The notes beneath the pieces are model-generated. The model did no database searches. It was not told the DNA's origin and saw nothing but the letters and a program-made list of their open reading frames with translations. A program made the translations under genes and the position numbers. A DNA stretch of 64,000 nt from the NCBI RefSeq assembly GCF_002571385.2, contig NW_019217802.1, forward strand, positions 370,551 to 434,550, written 5' to 3'. Origin of the DNA: Stylophora pistillata. Lineage: Eukaryota. How positions within the stretch are numbered: the first letter of the stretch is position 1; each line of letters starts with the position of its first letter. Positions 11,765-24,900 of the stretch are shown one piece after another.

Positions 11765-14643
11765 GGAACAGGTGAAGGGTTATGGAACGGCAACAGAACA
11801 ACACTTGTCAAAATCGTTCTTATCACAGTTACTTGTATGGTTTTGGTGATTAGGAGCCTCACTTTTAGAAATGCAAAGAGTTCAAAACCAAGTCGTTAAG
11901 CTTATTGGATCGTTTGCTAAACTGTTCACCGCAAAAATGAAGGAACAGGGTAAGTTCAGCACAATTGAATGTTGCGTATATGCGGTGGTATATGATTGCC
12001 AGGTAATGCCTTGTGGAGCCCGCGATATTTGATTACTGAGATTAGTCGATTGGGGCCCTCGTGGAGCTATCTTGTTATTCCCCTATGACGGAACCTTCAT
12101 AAGTGTGAATCCGCTGAGCGGCATGACAGTTGCTCCGCGGCTGCATGTCGTATATTTTATACGTTAAAAATAACAGAAGGCCAATGCCTTTGTAAATATT
12201 ACTTAGAAATATTTTTGTTATTTTTTGATCGTAGCTGAAGGGAAGCAACGTATTTGGACGGTTATTGCATTTTTGCGGTGTGCCTCGATCCTCGTTGAGG
12301 TTCTCGCTGAATGAGATTTGTCGATGTTATGTCCGATTTTAGCTTTTTTGAGGTTAATTTAGCTGACCGAATCTAAGTTATCTAAACAGAATCAATTCTG
12401 TTTTTGTATTTCACACCGCCTTGCTGAATTAGGCGACGTATTTCGCAATTTTAAATCAATCAATTATTCCAGTTCAAATTAAAATATTTGTGTAAGTAGA
12501 ATGGAAGCTAATAGTTCTTATCTTATCATTATGATACTCTCCTTACCAAGGAGAAACTTTTTTGGCACAAATAATTAAATTTCAGCCGCACAGCTGAAAG
12601 CAATTTCTTGATTTCTCTTTATTAAGAGGGAAAGCTCAACGCCTAATTTTAAGTCGAGTCAAAATAGTAGATATTTCACTGTGGAATCAGCTAACACCAG
12701 CGAGATTTCTGTTGTGTGCGGTTCAGCCTCGTTGTTATATTAGACACGTTAATTTCTTAAACGTGAAATAAAAAGTAGCTTGGATCAGACAGTGCCCCTT
12801 AAGAAATCCCTATCGAAATTAGTTCTGACAGAGGTCACTCTATGCTTGTGTCTCAGAAAATTTTTAAAGCGACAACATTTGATATTCTGTGGTTGCCTTT
12901 AAGAGGCCTTTAACTAACTAGTTATAGATTTATTGAGGCTTCGACTTCCATAACATTAATCTCTGGTACAAGGTTAGTACAAGTAGAATGGGACCGTAAA
13001 TCATTAGTTCGTCTTGTGCGGTAGTTATATTTCCATTTTCTCTCTTTTGAGTTAATAATTATTTTAAAATAATGTTGATATTTTTGTTCTCTGACGGTAC
13101 ATTCAGCTTGCTCCAATGCCAAAGCGCAGTTATGTAAATATAAGATTGTGCCAAGGAGTTACGATAACCTATTGACTGGTAAAACGGTTAGTTATTGACT
13201 GGTTTGACTGGGTAAGAATGCGGATCAGCAACCTTTGTTCGAGGGCTCGAGTCCTTTATCAACAGTACAATATACTTATTGTTCGCTAGTGTCAAGTGAA
13301 GTTAAATTTCTCAAGAGTTTATTGAGATAGCTTTTTATACTTTTGTTTTCGTTTTAAGGTTGATATCTCCGCGTAATTGACAGATGTCAATCAAAATTTA
13401 CCCGAGGAGTTAAGTTGTTTTTTTGTATTAAAGATAGCGTTAATGAAAGTATGAAGGCTCGCTTAAAATGTGGCGCTTTCTTGCCTGTGTCGCCCACTAA
13501 GTAGTTGAAAATAACAAACCACGGGCTGAACTGTAAGCTTCATCAAATCACTAAAACACTCCACAAGGTACATTGCATTGAAATAAATAGGCTTACTATC
13601 AAGTTTGTGACAATTTTCAGCAACAAGTTTCCGGAATTATTTCAGTCAACACATTTATTTTGATGTGATCGGCTATCTTGTCTTGGAGTTCATGCTTTGA
13701 TTTGATTAAATTTACGATCAATAAGGTTTTCCTTAATATCTCAAACAGAACAAGTCAAATGGTTTGGCATCTTATTTGAGTCAAAATTTTCCCTAAATTT
13801 GCGACTACAAAAAAATATATTCCATTACGAGGAAGCACTAGTGGGATTTTCTTTGTTCGTTTTCACAGAAATTTTTGTAAGTACAAATTTTATACGTCAA
13901 AACCATTAAACTCTGCGAACACATAATTCTGACGGCGTCTGATTAAATATTTCCATTTCCAGAGCAATTTAATGTCCGTTCGCCTTTCGGGAAGGATGGA
14001 GGGCCGACGCCCAATGAGTGTGTGCGTTTCATTCAGATGAAGGCGTCTGCCGGCGTTAATGTCCTCAAGAAAAGTCAGTTGACACACACTGCCTCTGTTC
14101 GTACTCAGGAATAGTCGATACACGATAACCCGTGTGGCAGGCGCTGGTACATTGAAAGTACGCTTGGAAATTGGTTAACATGCACACTCGGTTTTGGAGA
14201 CCCCCGCCTTCTCAATGCTCCCGCTTTTATTACCCGCCCGTCAGCTGCAAAGACATTCACCATTCAGCAGTTTGTTTACCTCTAAATAAACGCTATGTCT
14301 TTGGAGCGCGCAGTCATTATCCTTGCATCAAATTCCGTCGGAAATGTGCAAAAAGAACCTTAATCTGACACAAGAAATTGAGGCTTACACTCAAGTAAAA
14401 CTTTTAAGAAATGAGATGTGCATCGCCAGAGCTCGATTAAGCAGTCTGTTGTAAGTTCATCGCTCAGCTTAGCGCTTTTCCCCGTCGGAGATTCAAGGAA
14501 GACTAGAAACTGCAAAGTAAAAAGTGCAACCTCGAGAGAAAACTTTGTTTGAGCTTTTGTCCTGTAACTTTACCCGCAAGCTCGACCACGGTAAGATTGT
14601 TAGACAGAGTCCAAACATAGACATACCCCGATAAGCTCTGAGA

Positions 14644-14742
14644 ATGACTAGGAGAAGGGAAATGACACCAGTTACTCACCAAAGCTCTTTTCAGGCTTCT
14701 TTTCCACTCGATTTTACTCGCCAAAGTTTTGGGAGCTCCGAG
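14644..14742 (+). CDS. Candidate first coding exon of Nav2 gene 2 (MTRRREM...FPLDFTRQSFGSSE)
   Basis: ATG-initiated 33 codons ending in phase 0, compatible with the phase-0 acceptor at 18938. FTRQSF resembles the Nav N-terminal FTRESL motif. The donor (GAG|gtttta) is weak. GC boxes lie upstream at about 14200-14240. Confidence 0.35.
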
Positions 14743-17700
14743 GTTTTAATTTTACCATTTGTGTATTTGATTTCTTTGATTTGCCATGAAAATTCGACGA
14801 TCTGAAATGTTAGTTCTCATATTATCTTATAAAGTGTCTATTTTTTACTCAAACTTTCACTCTATCCTTTTCCATAAGGAATGATTTTTGTTCTCTAGGT
14901 CAGAAAAATAGATTCAAGTAGACAGTAGATCTTGAAGTTTTTTAGTTGACAGAGTATCTCAGGGTATTCATAAGCGCTGGAGCTTTCGTAAATAATTGTT
15001 GCTATTGCATTTACTGATTTAGATCTTATTCGATTCACAACAAAAACAGAGAGTATTTTACCGAAATAATCTTATTGAAGAAAAAAAAAACAAATAAACA
15101 AACCGTTGGTCCCGGCGTTAGTTCGGGTTCATCGTGATATGATGCACTCGGGATACCTGTTGGAGACCGTAAAAAAGTGGGCGAAGAATACTCAAGGCGT
15201 AACTGATAGCCCCGCTAACATCTTGATTGCTCTCCAAACTTTTCAAATGTTTATCTCTCGACGAAAGCAAAGCTAACACATAAACCTATTGTTTTCTAAC
15301 GTTTCAACGTTGTAGTTAAAAAATTCCCTCTCCAACATGTTTCAATGAAAAACTCAACATTAGCGAACACAGTGTGAACAAGAAACACCCTCGCAAAAGT
15401 GAATTTGATTAAACGGATTTACAAGCCATGTTGCAATTTTTTATATATTCAATACATTTAAAAGAACGTCATATTTACTATTTTCCAATTCTAACATATG
15501 TCGCTTGTCTGACAATTCGCCCACGCCTTTAAATTTTTTTTTATATACATTTTACATGATTGTTAACATGTAACCAGACAGCTTAGCATCTGGAGTCAAC
15601 TCCCTATGGCCTACGATTTGCCATTGGCCGGAAAAAAAAAAAAAAAAGCTACAATATTGATTAGAAGTTGTACGTATTCAGACCTAATTAGTTCTTAATT
15701 TGGTCCTTACAAGAATCTGTTCGTTGTAAGCGGAAAGATCAGTAAGTGTTTTTATGCCCTCTTGGGATCTGTATTTGCATGCTCACTTTGTTTTGAACTT
15801 TCAGTTGAAAGGACAAGCTTTTGCAATGTCATGCAAATAAGTTACAAAGGGAAGTTTTGTTGACTTGGTTTCTTTATAGCAGTAATCTTTCCCATGAGCT
15901 TCGCTAACTTTGCATGTGGCGCTTTCGGTGGAAACCAATTATTTTAAGAAAGAATCCAAACATAGGTTTAAATCGGTTAGAAATGATTTGACTTTCGTCT
16001 GGAAACGAAACCACTAACTGGTTCATGCCATGGGTCGCTTTTTTTCTGGCAACTGGTAAAAAAAAAAAAAAAAGATGTTGAAGTTCCAGTCGAAGAAAAA
16101 GGTAGATTTCGTTCCGTTTACCTGTGTCAGGTAAGCACAAGAAGGCACGATAAGCATGAATGAAGCAAACGCGAAGGTAAGATACCATTGAAGTAGTTAA
16201 CTTTTTGAAACGATTGAGTTTGATATGCCACGAAGCACTCTTATTTAAAAATTTCAAGTGTTCGTGGTTGTAATGTCATTAATTTTCATCTGAACAAAGC
16301 CGGCCGAACCTAAATATTGTAAATAAAAAGCTTAATTTAACAGCATAGACTTCGAGGCCCTCTTTGTTAGATAAACATGTATATGCAAGGTAAATTTTGT
16401 CAGTATCATGGAAACAGTGTGTTCGCAGGTTGAATGCAATTTAATTATGTTTTTATAATCGTTTAAACAGAAACTTCTACACTTTCAACATCTTTATAAT
16501 TTCTATGATTGTAATCCTCGAGAGCAAACTAGTTTCAAGTAATCCCGTTAAATGTTATAATCATTCGATGTCAGTTTTCAACTTATTCGAACTGAGTTAC
16601 CTTCTTTAATGGCAAATTAAATTTATGCTACGTGATAACTCAAAGCCAAAATCTTAACAAAGCCTCATGAAAGCTCTGAATCTCATAAATAAAAGTTATC
16701 GTTTGAAACACATCCTAGATAATCTTCAGAACTACGTGATAAATTTTGGAGAAATCGCACCGTCTATGAACTGTTCTAATTTACCACTTTTCTAGTAACT
16801 ACTTCATCGTAATCGATAACCGTCCATTATCCTTTAATAACATCGCATTTGATGCAAAAAAGCTTGTTTATTTAACCGCTACACTGTAGTTGAAAGTTGA
16901 AAAGGTCTGTTGAAAACTCTTGAACATTAGCGATCAGTGCTCGAATACTTTAAATAACTTTTCCTTTCGCTTAGCTCATCTCTGAGATGAGGATTGGTAA
17001 TGAGTACACTCATGATATTACTCTATTGGAAAAAGAACAACAAACTGAAAAAAAACCCATAGATATTCACCGTCGAATTTCAATCTAATTCAGCGACTTT
17101 GTCAGCTGTAAGATATTTTTTTCCAATGTATTGAAAAAAAAAACAAACTGTAAACACGTTTTTACTTAGTCACCCCAAAAAGGATATTTTACTGGGCAAC
17201 GGATGTACTGTTACAACATGTTGTGTTTTGGTTCAATGTTGCGCCTGAGGACAATTTCAGTCTCCAAAGAGTAAGTAAAGATTGAGGTATATTTACTTAT
17301 TACATTATTTCTATTTTGGGAATATTCTTCTAGGAAGCACGTACGAACAGTTACCAGGCACTGAGTCTAATTATTATCCTATTTATCCGAGTGTGAATTC
17401 ATTCACAAACAAATAACCAATTCACAGACCAGCAAAATTAAAATATTGATTATCCTCACATGATTTGGCCATGTCAGAATTGTCATCTGTTAGAATTCTC
17501 TCAGCTTTTGTGTGTCAAATAGTATTTGATTTGACTCTCAGTTTTTCGGAAAGGAGCAAACTGTGGAGGTGTACGACAAGCTGAACTCGTTTCAAATAAT
17601 GGAGAAGCATCTGTTTAAATTATTGAGATGCAGCTGGAACCTTAAAACTTGGAAATGTGAAATCGGAGGCTGGTGGAAAGCCTGTTTATCGCGACAAGGT

Positions 17701-18937
17701 TTCGTCTCAGCTTCACTAGCAAGTAGCACAATATAGTTTAGAACATATTTGACACCTTCCGTTCGTTCAATGCAGTACTCCTAACAAGAAAAAATCTTGC
17801 CAATGTTGTATGAAAAATTTACCATAACGTGATCTCGAAAGGTCTAAAAGACTAACAAGTACACTAATAGGTCCTCGTGGTCCGCTTTGTCGAAAAATAT
17901 TGGCTCACATTTATAACAATACAATCCCTCCGACGAAATTTTGTAGTTCCCTCTGTATCAACGCGGTATAGAAACAAAAGGTAAAAAATACTAACGTTTT
18001 TCTTTATTTTGACGGCTTTTATGTTCCAAAATCGAACAGACACACAAAATTAAAATTGTTTAGACAAGCAGATTTGTATGGCTCAGATTGCATTCTGGCC
18101 TAGCAACCGCTGAACGATTTGTTCCAGATTCCGTATTCTTAATTTCGCCGCGAACACGTTTACTCTGCCACGGTTATTATTGCTTGCCAATAGCTTGCAC
18201 TAGAAGTGTTTCTTAATTTGCTCTCGCTCAATCCCAAACTTTCATTTAAACTTGTTTGAAACTGTGTTTCTCTGTCTAAAACAAAGAAAACAATTTTTTT
18301 TGTCAGTCGCGTGTCTGTCAATTTCAAAAGCAACAACCTATCAAAGAGAGCGTATATTCAGTTTATTGATAATGAAATACTTACACGTATATACATACAA
18401 ATGTACAAACTTCATTGCATAACTCCGCCTTGGGAGTTCTTCCAACATACATTGAAAAAGTCGAAGAAAAAAAGGTTTAAACTGTTTAAAGAAAATTCGA
18501 ATGACACTAACTATAAAAACTATGTAAATCGGACAAACACGACATTATATTTTATAAAATAAAAATTATTCGAAAGTTAAAGTTATCCATGTCTCTAGTA
18601 TCTTTTGGTAAGTTATTGCATATCTTAGGCACAGTCGTAACCTCGCACGTTTTTGTCGAGTGTATTACAAAAAGGCTCTCGACACAAAAAGCGCGCCGTT
18701 TAACTGAGAGCTCAGCGGTATGGGTGTGCTGCGTGTTTCCCCTTACCCAGGTGTTCAGTTCGTTAAGCGAAGTGCGATAGAAGAAGAGGAATGAAACTCG
18801 TAACTTGAAGTAGGCTATAGTGTGTTTAAAATTGAGGCATTTAACTGAACGCAAACATGAAAAGAAGCTTTAGGTAGATAATCACATGCTAAAACTGTCT
18901 CCGATTCAGAATTAAAAAAAGATTTCTGCTTTCGCAG

Positions 18938-21900
18938 CAACAGAACGGTAACGTCACAAAACTGCAGCAACACACCGCAGGAGCCGCCAGACTGTCACAA
19001 GCTAGTGTAATAAGCTATGCAAGCCAGTTCAGCCGGGTGGCACGGCGAAGCAGCGCGGACACGAGCAGTGATGATGGAAAACCTGTCACAGATTTCTTTA
19101 GGAATATAATGCAGAAGCTGTGTCCCGAGCGGCCCAGATATTTCAACCGACCGCTGGCAGACAAGCATGACAGTAATGATGAGGTGAGTTGATTTGAAGA
19201 AACTAAATTTTACATTACATTTATGTAAAAATTTTGGAATGTTAAGGATTCTGAAATGACAATTTTGAACAAGTGATTGCCGGTGCGCTGGTATGCACGT
19301 CATTTTCCCCCAAGAACATTGAGTGAAATTATTCCTTACCATTAGCAGTTTAATAAACCTTGGTCTTCTTCATAATGATCGATGAAGCGGGCTGTGTCTG
19401 ATATATCTTGTTTACATCAAAGAAACTGATTGTTTTTCCTTCCACTGAAAAGTCGCTGCGATATCTTCGTAGCTAGCAAATCGGTAAAGTAACTTAGTAA
19501 AGTTAGTCTTAAGTCATTTCGGCCGAAAGGTGATATTTGTAGGGAGATCGGTAAATAATTTACTTTATTGATGTTCTACCAGATTAATTACGGCCGGTTC
19601 AGGTCTTCAAGATGTTTTGAAAGTATTCGATGACTAATAATTCAAACCTTGTTTGCTGACTACTGTGAAGTAGTGTTACGTAATATACTAGCTAAAACAT
19701 GTCATAGGCAGTAGTTTAATGCTCAACGCCACACAATTTGTATATCTATTACCTTTGTTTACATAACATGGTTTCGTCTTCAACGGCTGTCTATTGTGAC
19801 TCCAAGCGGCTGTTTTCAAGCCTGTTTAAGGGAAAAACCTATCCTTAGTCGTACATGTTTTGAAAAACCAATTTACAGTAAATGGAAATTTTGTTAAAGT
19901 CGTCAATTTAGTTGCCAATAAATTGTGGAACCTTGGGGTATTATATCTTTTGATATCAACTTTTCCACCTTTTTGTCCGCTTTTGAACACACGTTGTGGA
20001 TAATTTTAAGTACAGAGCTAAGCGCACGATAAGTCTTAAAAAATGGAAATTATTTTACAAACCCGTCAGCTCTTATTTGAAGAGAGTAAAATTTTGTCAT
20101 AAAAGCGAACTGACTGCTCACCATAACGTAGCGACCGGTATAAAAAATTCTTAGAATTCTACAAAACTTGCCGACTTTCACTTAGGCATATCGTTGATCA
20201 TTCATAATTTATCATTCAAGTGGATGAATTTTGTTAACGGTTTTCCTCACAAAAAGCGTTATTTTGATATTGTTTATCAGTTCAAGAGTTTAGTCTACGC
20301 GATGTACTATGCCAGTTTCTGGTAGAGTTTTGTTTCATTTTCGAGTTTTCTAACACTTCGTTGGTTCATTCACCCTAGGAATATTTTTTTCATTCTTGAC
20401 CTGGGTCGAGTGGTTAGTCATGAAATTTTCACTCCCCCTGCAATGCGGTAAATGTAGGTACGAGTAAGGGGGAGGGGCTTAGGTCTCAAACGTTTCTTTA
20501 CATTGTGGGCTCAAGAGTGAGATTTTTCCCTTGATAAGTAGAATCTTTTTACCTTTGCTTATTCCGAGGTTCTTCCGTGCACTTCTCTTTATTCATCTAC
20601 GTTTTAATCGATTAAAATACAAAATATGTACCTGAAATATCGTGGTAAGATAGTCTTCATAGCTGCTGTTCTCAATGAACGCTCTCACACGACTAAGGAG
20701 CATTCCTTTCTCATCGTAATTGCGATCGATTAAACAAACCAATCACACGGCAGCAAAGAATGAGTGACATGAGCCGAATGCGCTTCTGAGATAGTGTACC
20801 GATGATATCAGCCCGAATGAAACCCAAACAACTACAATACTTAGAACTCGGAAAACTCAAAATGGTTCGGTTGCTCGACATTTTTTACTCTAGTTTACGA
20901 AGGATTGCGCATATCTTCCACAGCAAAGCTAACATGAACAGCTTCTACAAGAAACTAAGGAAGTTGAAGACCACTCGATATTTACCTCATTTGTATCTGT
21001 GGTGAATACAACTACAGGAATGTAGCGTCAAAATAAGACGCGACCACAAAACAAAAGGAAGTTCTCACAGTTCCATATACGTAACATCTCTTATCGGACC
21101 CCGAAAGCAAGCTAGCAAAGAGATCAAAATTTGGGGCTCATAATTTCTTGTATGCAAGGAATTCGTAGTTGAATATATATTATTGGAAGGGCGTAAATTA
21201 CGGGCAAGCCTATAGCTATATCCCTATTAACCAAACTGAATATCATTTCAAGGTCTTTGGGAATAGTTGAATAATATTTACAAAGATTCATAATAAGTGG
21301 ATTTGGAGAAAAATGGCAATGAAATCGGCGAAGACCTGACATGTGGCTCAAATGTGAGCAAAGGTTTTCATTGACATCCTCCCCTAACCTCACGCCAAAC
21401 AAAGAAAGAACGGTTGCAAAGGACACCATCTCACGTTCGTTTTGAGCTAGATGAAACCTGGTGCTGTAGTTTGTGTGTCCCTTTATATAGCTAAAGACCT
21501 TTAAAATGTTATTTAATTTGGTTAAAATGGATGTAGCTATGAGCTTGCTCATGGAGCTTTATCAGGTCGTGCCTTGGGCAGGCGACTCGTATTAGTCAGA
21601 GGTGAACAAATAGTATGGGAGAGGATTAGCTTACACAGAACAGTTTTGATTGGAAGATCTGAACCTGACAAACTCCACTAAGCTGCGTTACAAACTATCA
21701 ACTGGGGCGTTTGCTTTTAACTCTCGTTTACTTTTACTGCTGATACAGATTTTTTTTAGACCTAGACATTCTGAGTACACGTACAGTTAAAAGTGATTTG
21801 ATAGCCTCAAATATGGTCGCCCTACGTTTATCTTAATCGATCTCAATAAAGCCGATAAAAACTTGGAATTTTTAAGCTTTTCCGTTTCCAGCTGAATCTG

Positions 21901-24900
21901 CAAGATTCACTCAGTAATATTGATGGATAGTTGTCTGAAATTCAAACTGAGAGCGACAAAAACGAGAAATAAATAATACGCTAATTGCTAAGAGATGGAA
22001 AACAAACAAAAAAAAGTACATTTCCTTTCACCGTTTTTTATGATTTACGTCAGACTACGCAAGTTTCTGTTTCATTTTTATCCAATTCTTTTTGGGTTGT
22101 CAGTCTATTTTGCATTTTACAATCGCTTCAGGCAGGTCTGCCCGTTCACGCCGCTTTATTCCTTTACGCCGTTCAGCCAAATGTAAGCTTCTCGGCTGTT
22201 ATTTGCGAACATCTTAAATGTAACTACTGTAATTAAAACGGTTACTGCAGGGAGACAAAAACCACCAAACAGCCACCTCCTCGTCAAACAAAGCATGTTA
22301 GTGTTAATGCATTTTAATGCGAATAAAATTTTGTAGATCAGAAGTGATTTTCTTTCTCTTTGTTCAAAGTGCGAGGCTTACTGTGTTGCCATGACAACTC
22401 CATTGGCTGCCGCCGTTTATTCTCTGAAAGCTTTTCACGAAGACGTAATCGGTTGAAAAAAAAAAACAATCTTCTGAAGGAAACCGCACGATAACAGGAT
22501 TTCCTTAAAATTTTCTTTCAAGAGGGAGCATAAAAAGTGCCCGCAGCTTTTTACAGTCTTCTCTTCAACCGTAGATGTTCATTGATACGCCAATACTGCC
22601 ATTGAAAAAAATCCGTTTTCTGCAACGTAGCTCTGTGGCTCGGCCTTAATTGGCTGCGTTGGGAATATTTAATTATTCAGGTTCACACACGCAAAACCTC
22701 AAACTTTTGTCTCCGTGTAAGCTATGAAATAACTGGACACCTGGTCAGCGAGATGAAACGTTTGATCTCTTTCGACGTTTTTAGTGTTTTTCTCTGAGTT
22801 TCTGATTCCGGAGATTAATTCATCCTCCGCGCACGTTATGAGCGCGTTTTATTAACTACACCATACATGGATGCTCTTAATGGAACCTGGGAAGACTTCC
22901 TTGATAAGTTTAACTCTTCCGAGGTAGGTCTAAAATTCGTTAAGACTAACTCTTGCGTTACCTTTCTGTGAACATAAATAATTCTTGATTGTAATAAAGA
23001 TTCGGCAATGATATTTTCATTTTCGCACGTGGGTCTGGCCGCCGTAGTAAGGTACCAGAATTTCAACAGGTTCAAACTTCAGTTTTTAGAGGCGAGTTCT
23101 CTCAAAGATTTCGTCGAATTTCGGATACTTGTACTATGAAATATACTTTTGCACCAAAATGCACCCTTTGCCATCGCTTACACTGCTTAAAATAGTAATT
23201 TCGAAATGATTATGTGGTATTCAGTTGTACAAATTATAACTAAATCCGCGATCAAAAAACCTCTGTAGATCTTAATTGGCAAAGTATCATTTACGGAAGA
23301 TCTTAAAATTCCCTGTTGAATGTACGTACAATAACAGCTACAAAACAATGCAGGCTGACGTTTTTACGAAAATCGTCTTGTTTATTGACCCATGTTAGCC
23401 GGTTACTCCAAAGAACAACGAATATTTTTTCTTGAATTATTTCTATTTATACCAACACTATCACTGCATAAAATTCCAACTCAAATATATTCCTTTTTAA
23501 AGCTCTAATTCCGACGTTGTTTATTTACCTAAAAAATTACGAAATAAGATGTCACGCTGGTTTTCATTAAAATCATCAGACGGCTTAAGAGGGAAAAATT
23601 GCTTCCTTTAAGTATTGTTTCAAATCGAAGAACGTTTTAGACTGTAAAACCCTTCAAGCGCTTTGCCATCTGTCAACGAGGTGTTTTAGATGCTTAAGAA
23701 TCTATTGTTTTGCAGAAAAATTACTCTAATAACATAATATTTTTCCCAGTCACTTTGAGGTAATGCAAATTAGTGAAAAACTCTGTTGTTTACTGTTTCT
23801 TGAAGCAAGTCTTTCAGTACTTTAAGTACCCTAACCCTGACCTTACCCTAAGGAGGTGTTATTTAAATGCTGAGAAGCCAAAGTGTCGAGGGCTCAAGTT
23901 AACTTGACATTTTCCAACCAATCTAATGCCACCCACACTGACGATGTCGCCAATAGAATTGACAAAGATGTTGTCGACATGTTTGAAGAGCGCTCGTGCT
24001 TCTCATCGTAACTTTGAATACTAATCATTAGACACTTTGATATGTGCAATTTACTTTCATCTAATTTTCTCCCAAAAATCTCCCTTCAGAGTTTTGGTAT
24101 CCATCCAAACATCGCCTCAAATCGTGTAATGATTTTGCGAAGCACCTGCCGAGACCTTTATAACTGTTTCAGCGAATTTAGCGAATGTCACTTGTTAAAT
24201 AATGTAACGATATAGAGATAATTCCGCCTGTTGTCTACACTTCACTAATTGGAAAAAGGAATCTACAATGAGCGCTGGAGTATTCTCGTTCTTTGGCTCT
24301 GTGTGTGTGCGGCTTGCGGTTGTTTGTTTTAGAGACTTGATTAATAATATTATAACTACGTGCATATATGACATGTATGGCTCAGTTGATTTGGTGGTTA
24401 GGAAGCCGCATCGGTTCTGTATTTGCAGAATAATTTTTCATGTCAAAGTCCCATCGCTCATGAGATGGCCTTCAAATTTTCCGTGCTCCGTCGAAGATTA
24501 CGGCTCATTTTTAATGCAACGGTTTTTAAGGACAATGTTGACGCATTGTCTAGCTTAAAGGTGATAGAGGACAATCTTAGGATGTTATCTCGATTTTAAA
24601 ACAGCTACGAGTGAATCTATAGCAACCACTGGAGGGGGGGGGGATACGAAACATATCTAGGAGCTAAAGACGGGTTAGTCAAGAAAAACAACATGTTCCG
24701 CTACCGGGTTCGCCGGTATCAAATTCAAATATATACCCTATATCTAGAAGAATACCCCCAGGTTGGCATTTATCGAACATTTATGTAAGTGACTTTTGCG
24801 AATTATTGAAAAGGTCGGGAGAAGATAAGAGATTGCATCTTTTTACAAAGTATACCCGAAAAACAGCTGAGTATCTGCTAGATGTCGACGAAATTCCTAA

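Noticed and set aside
17542-17698. Additional coding exon of Nav2 gene 2
   Set aside because: The open frame ends in phase 1, incompatible with the phase-0 acceptor at 18938, and shows no Nav similarity.
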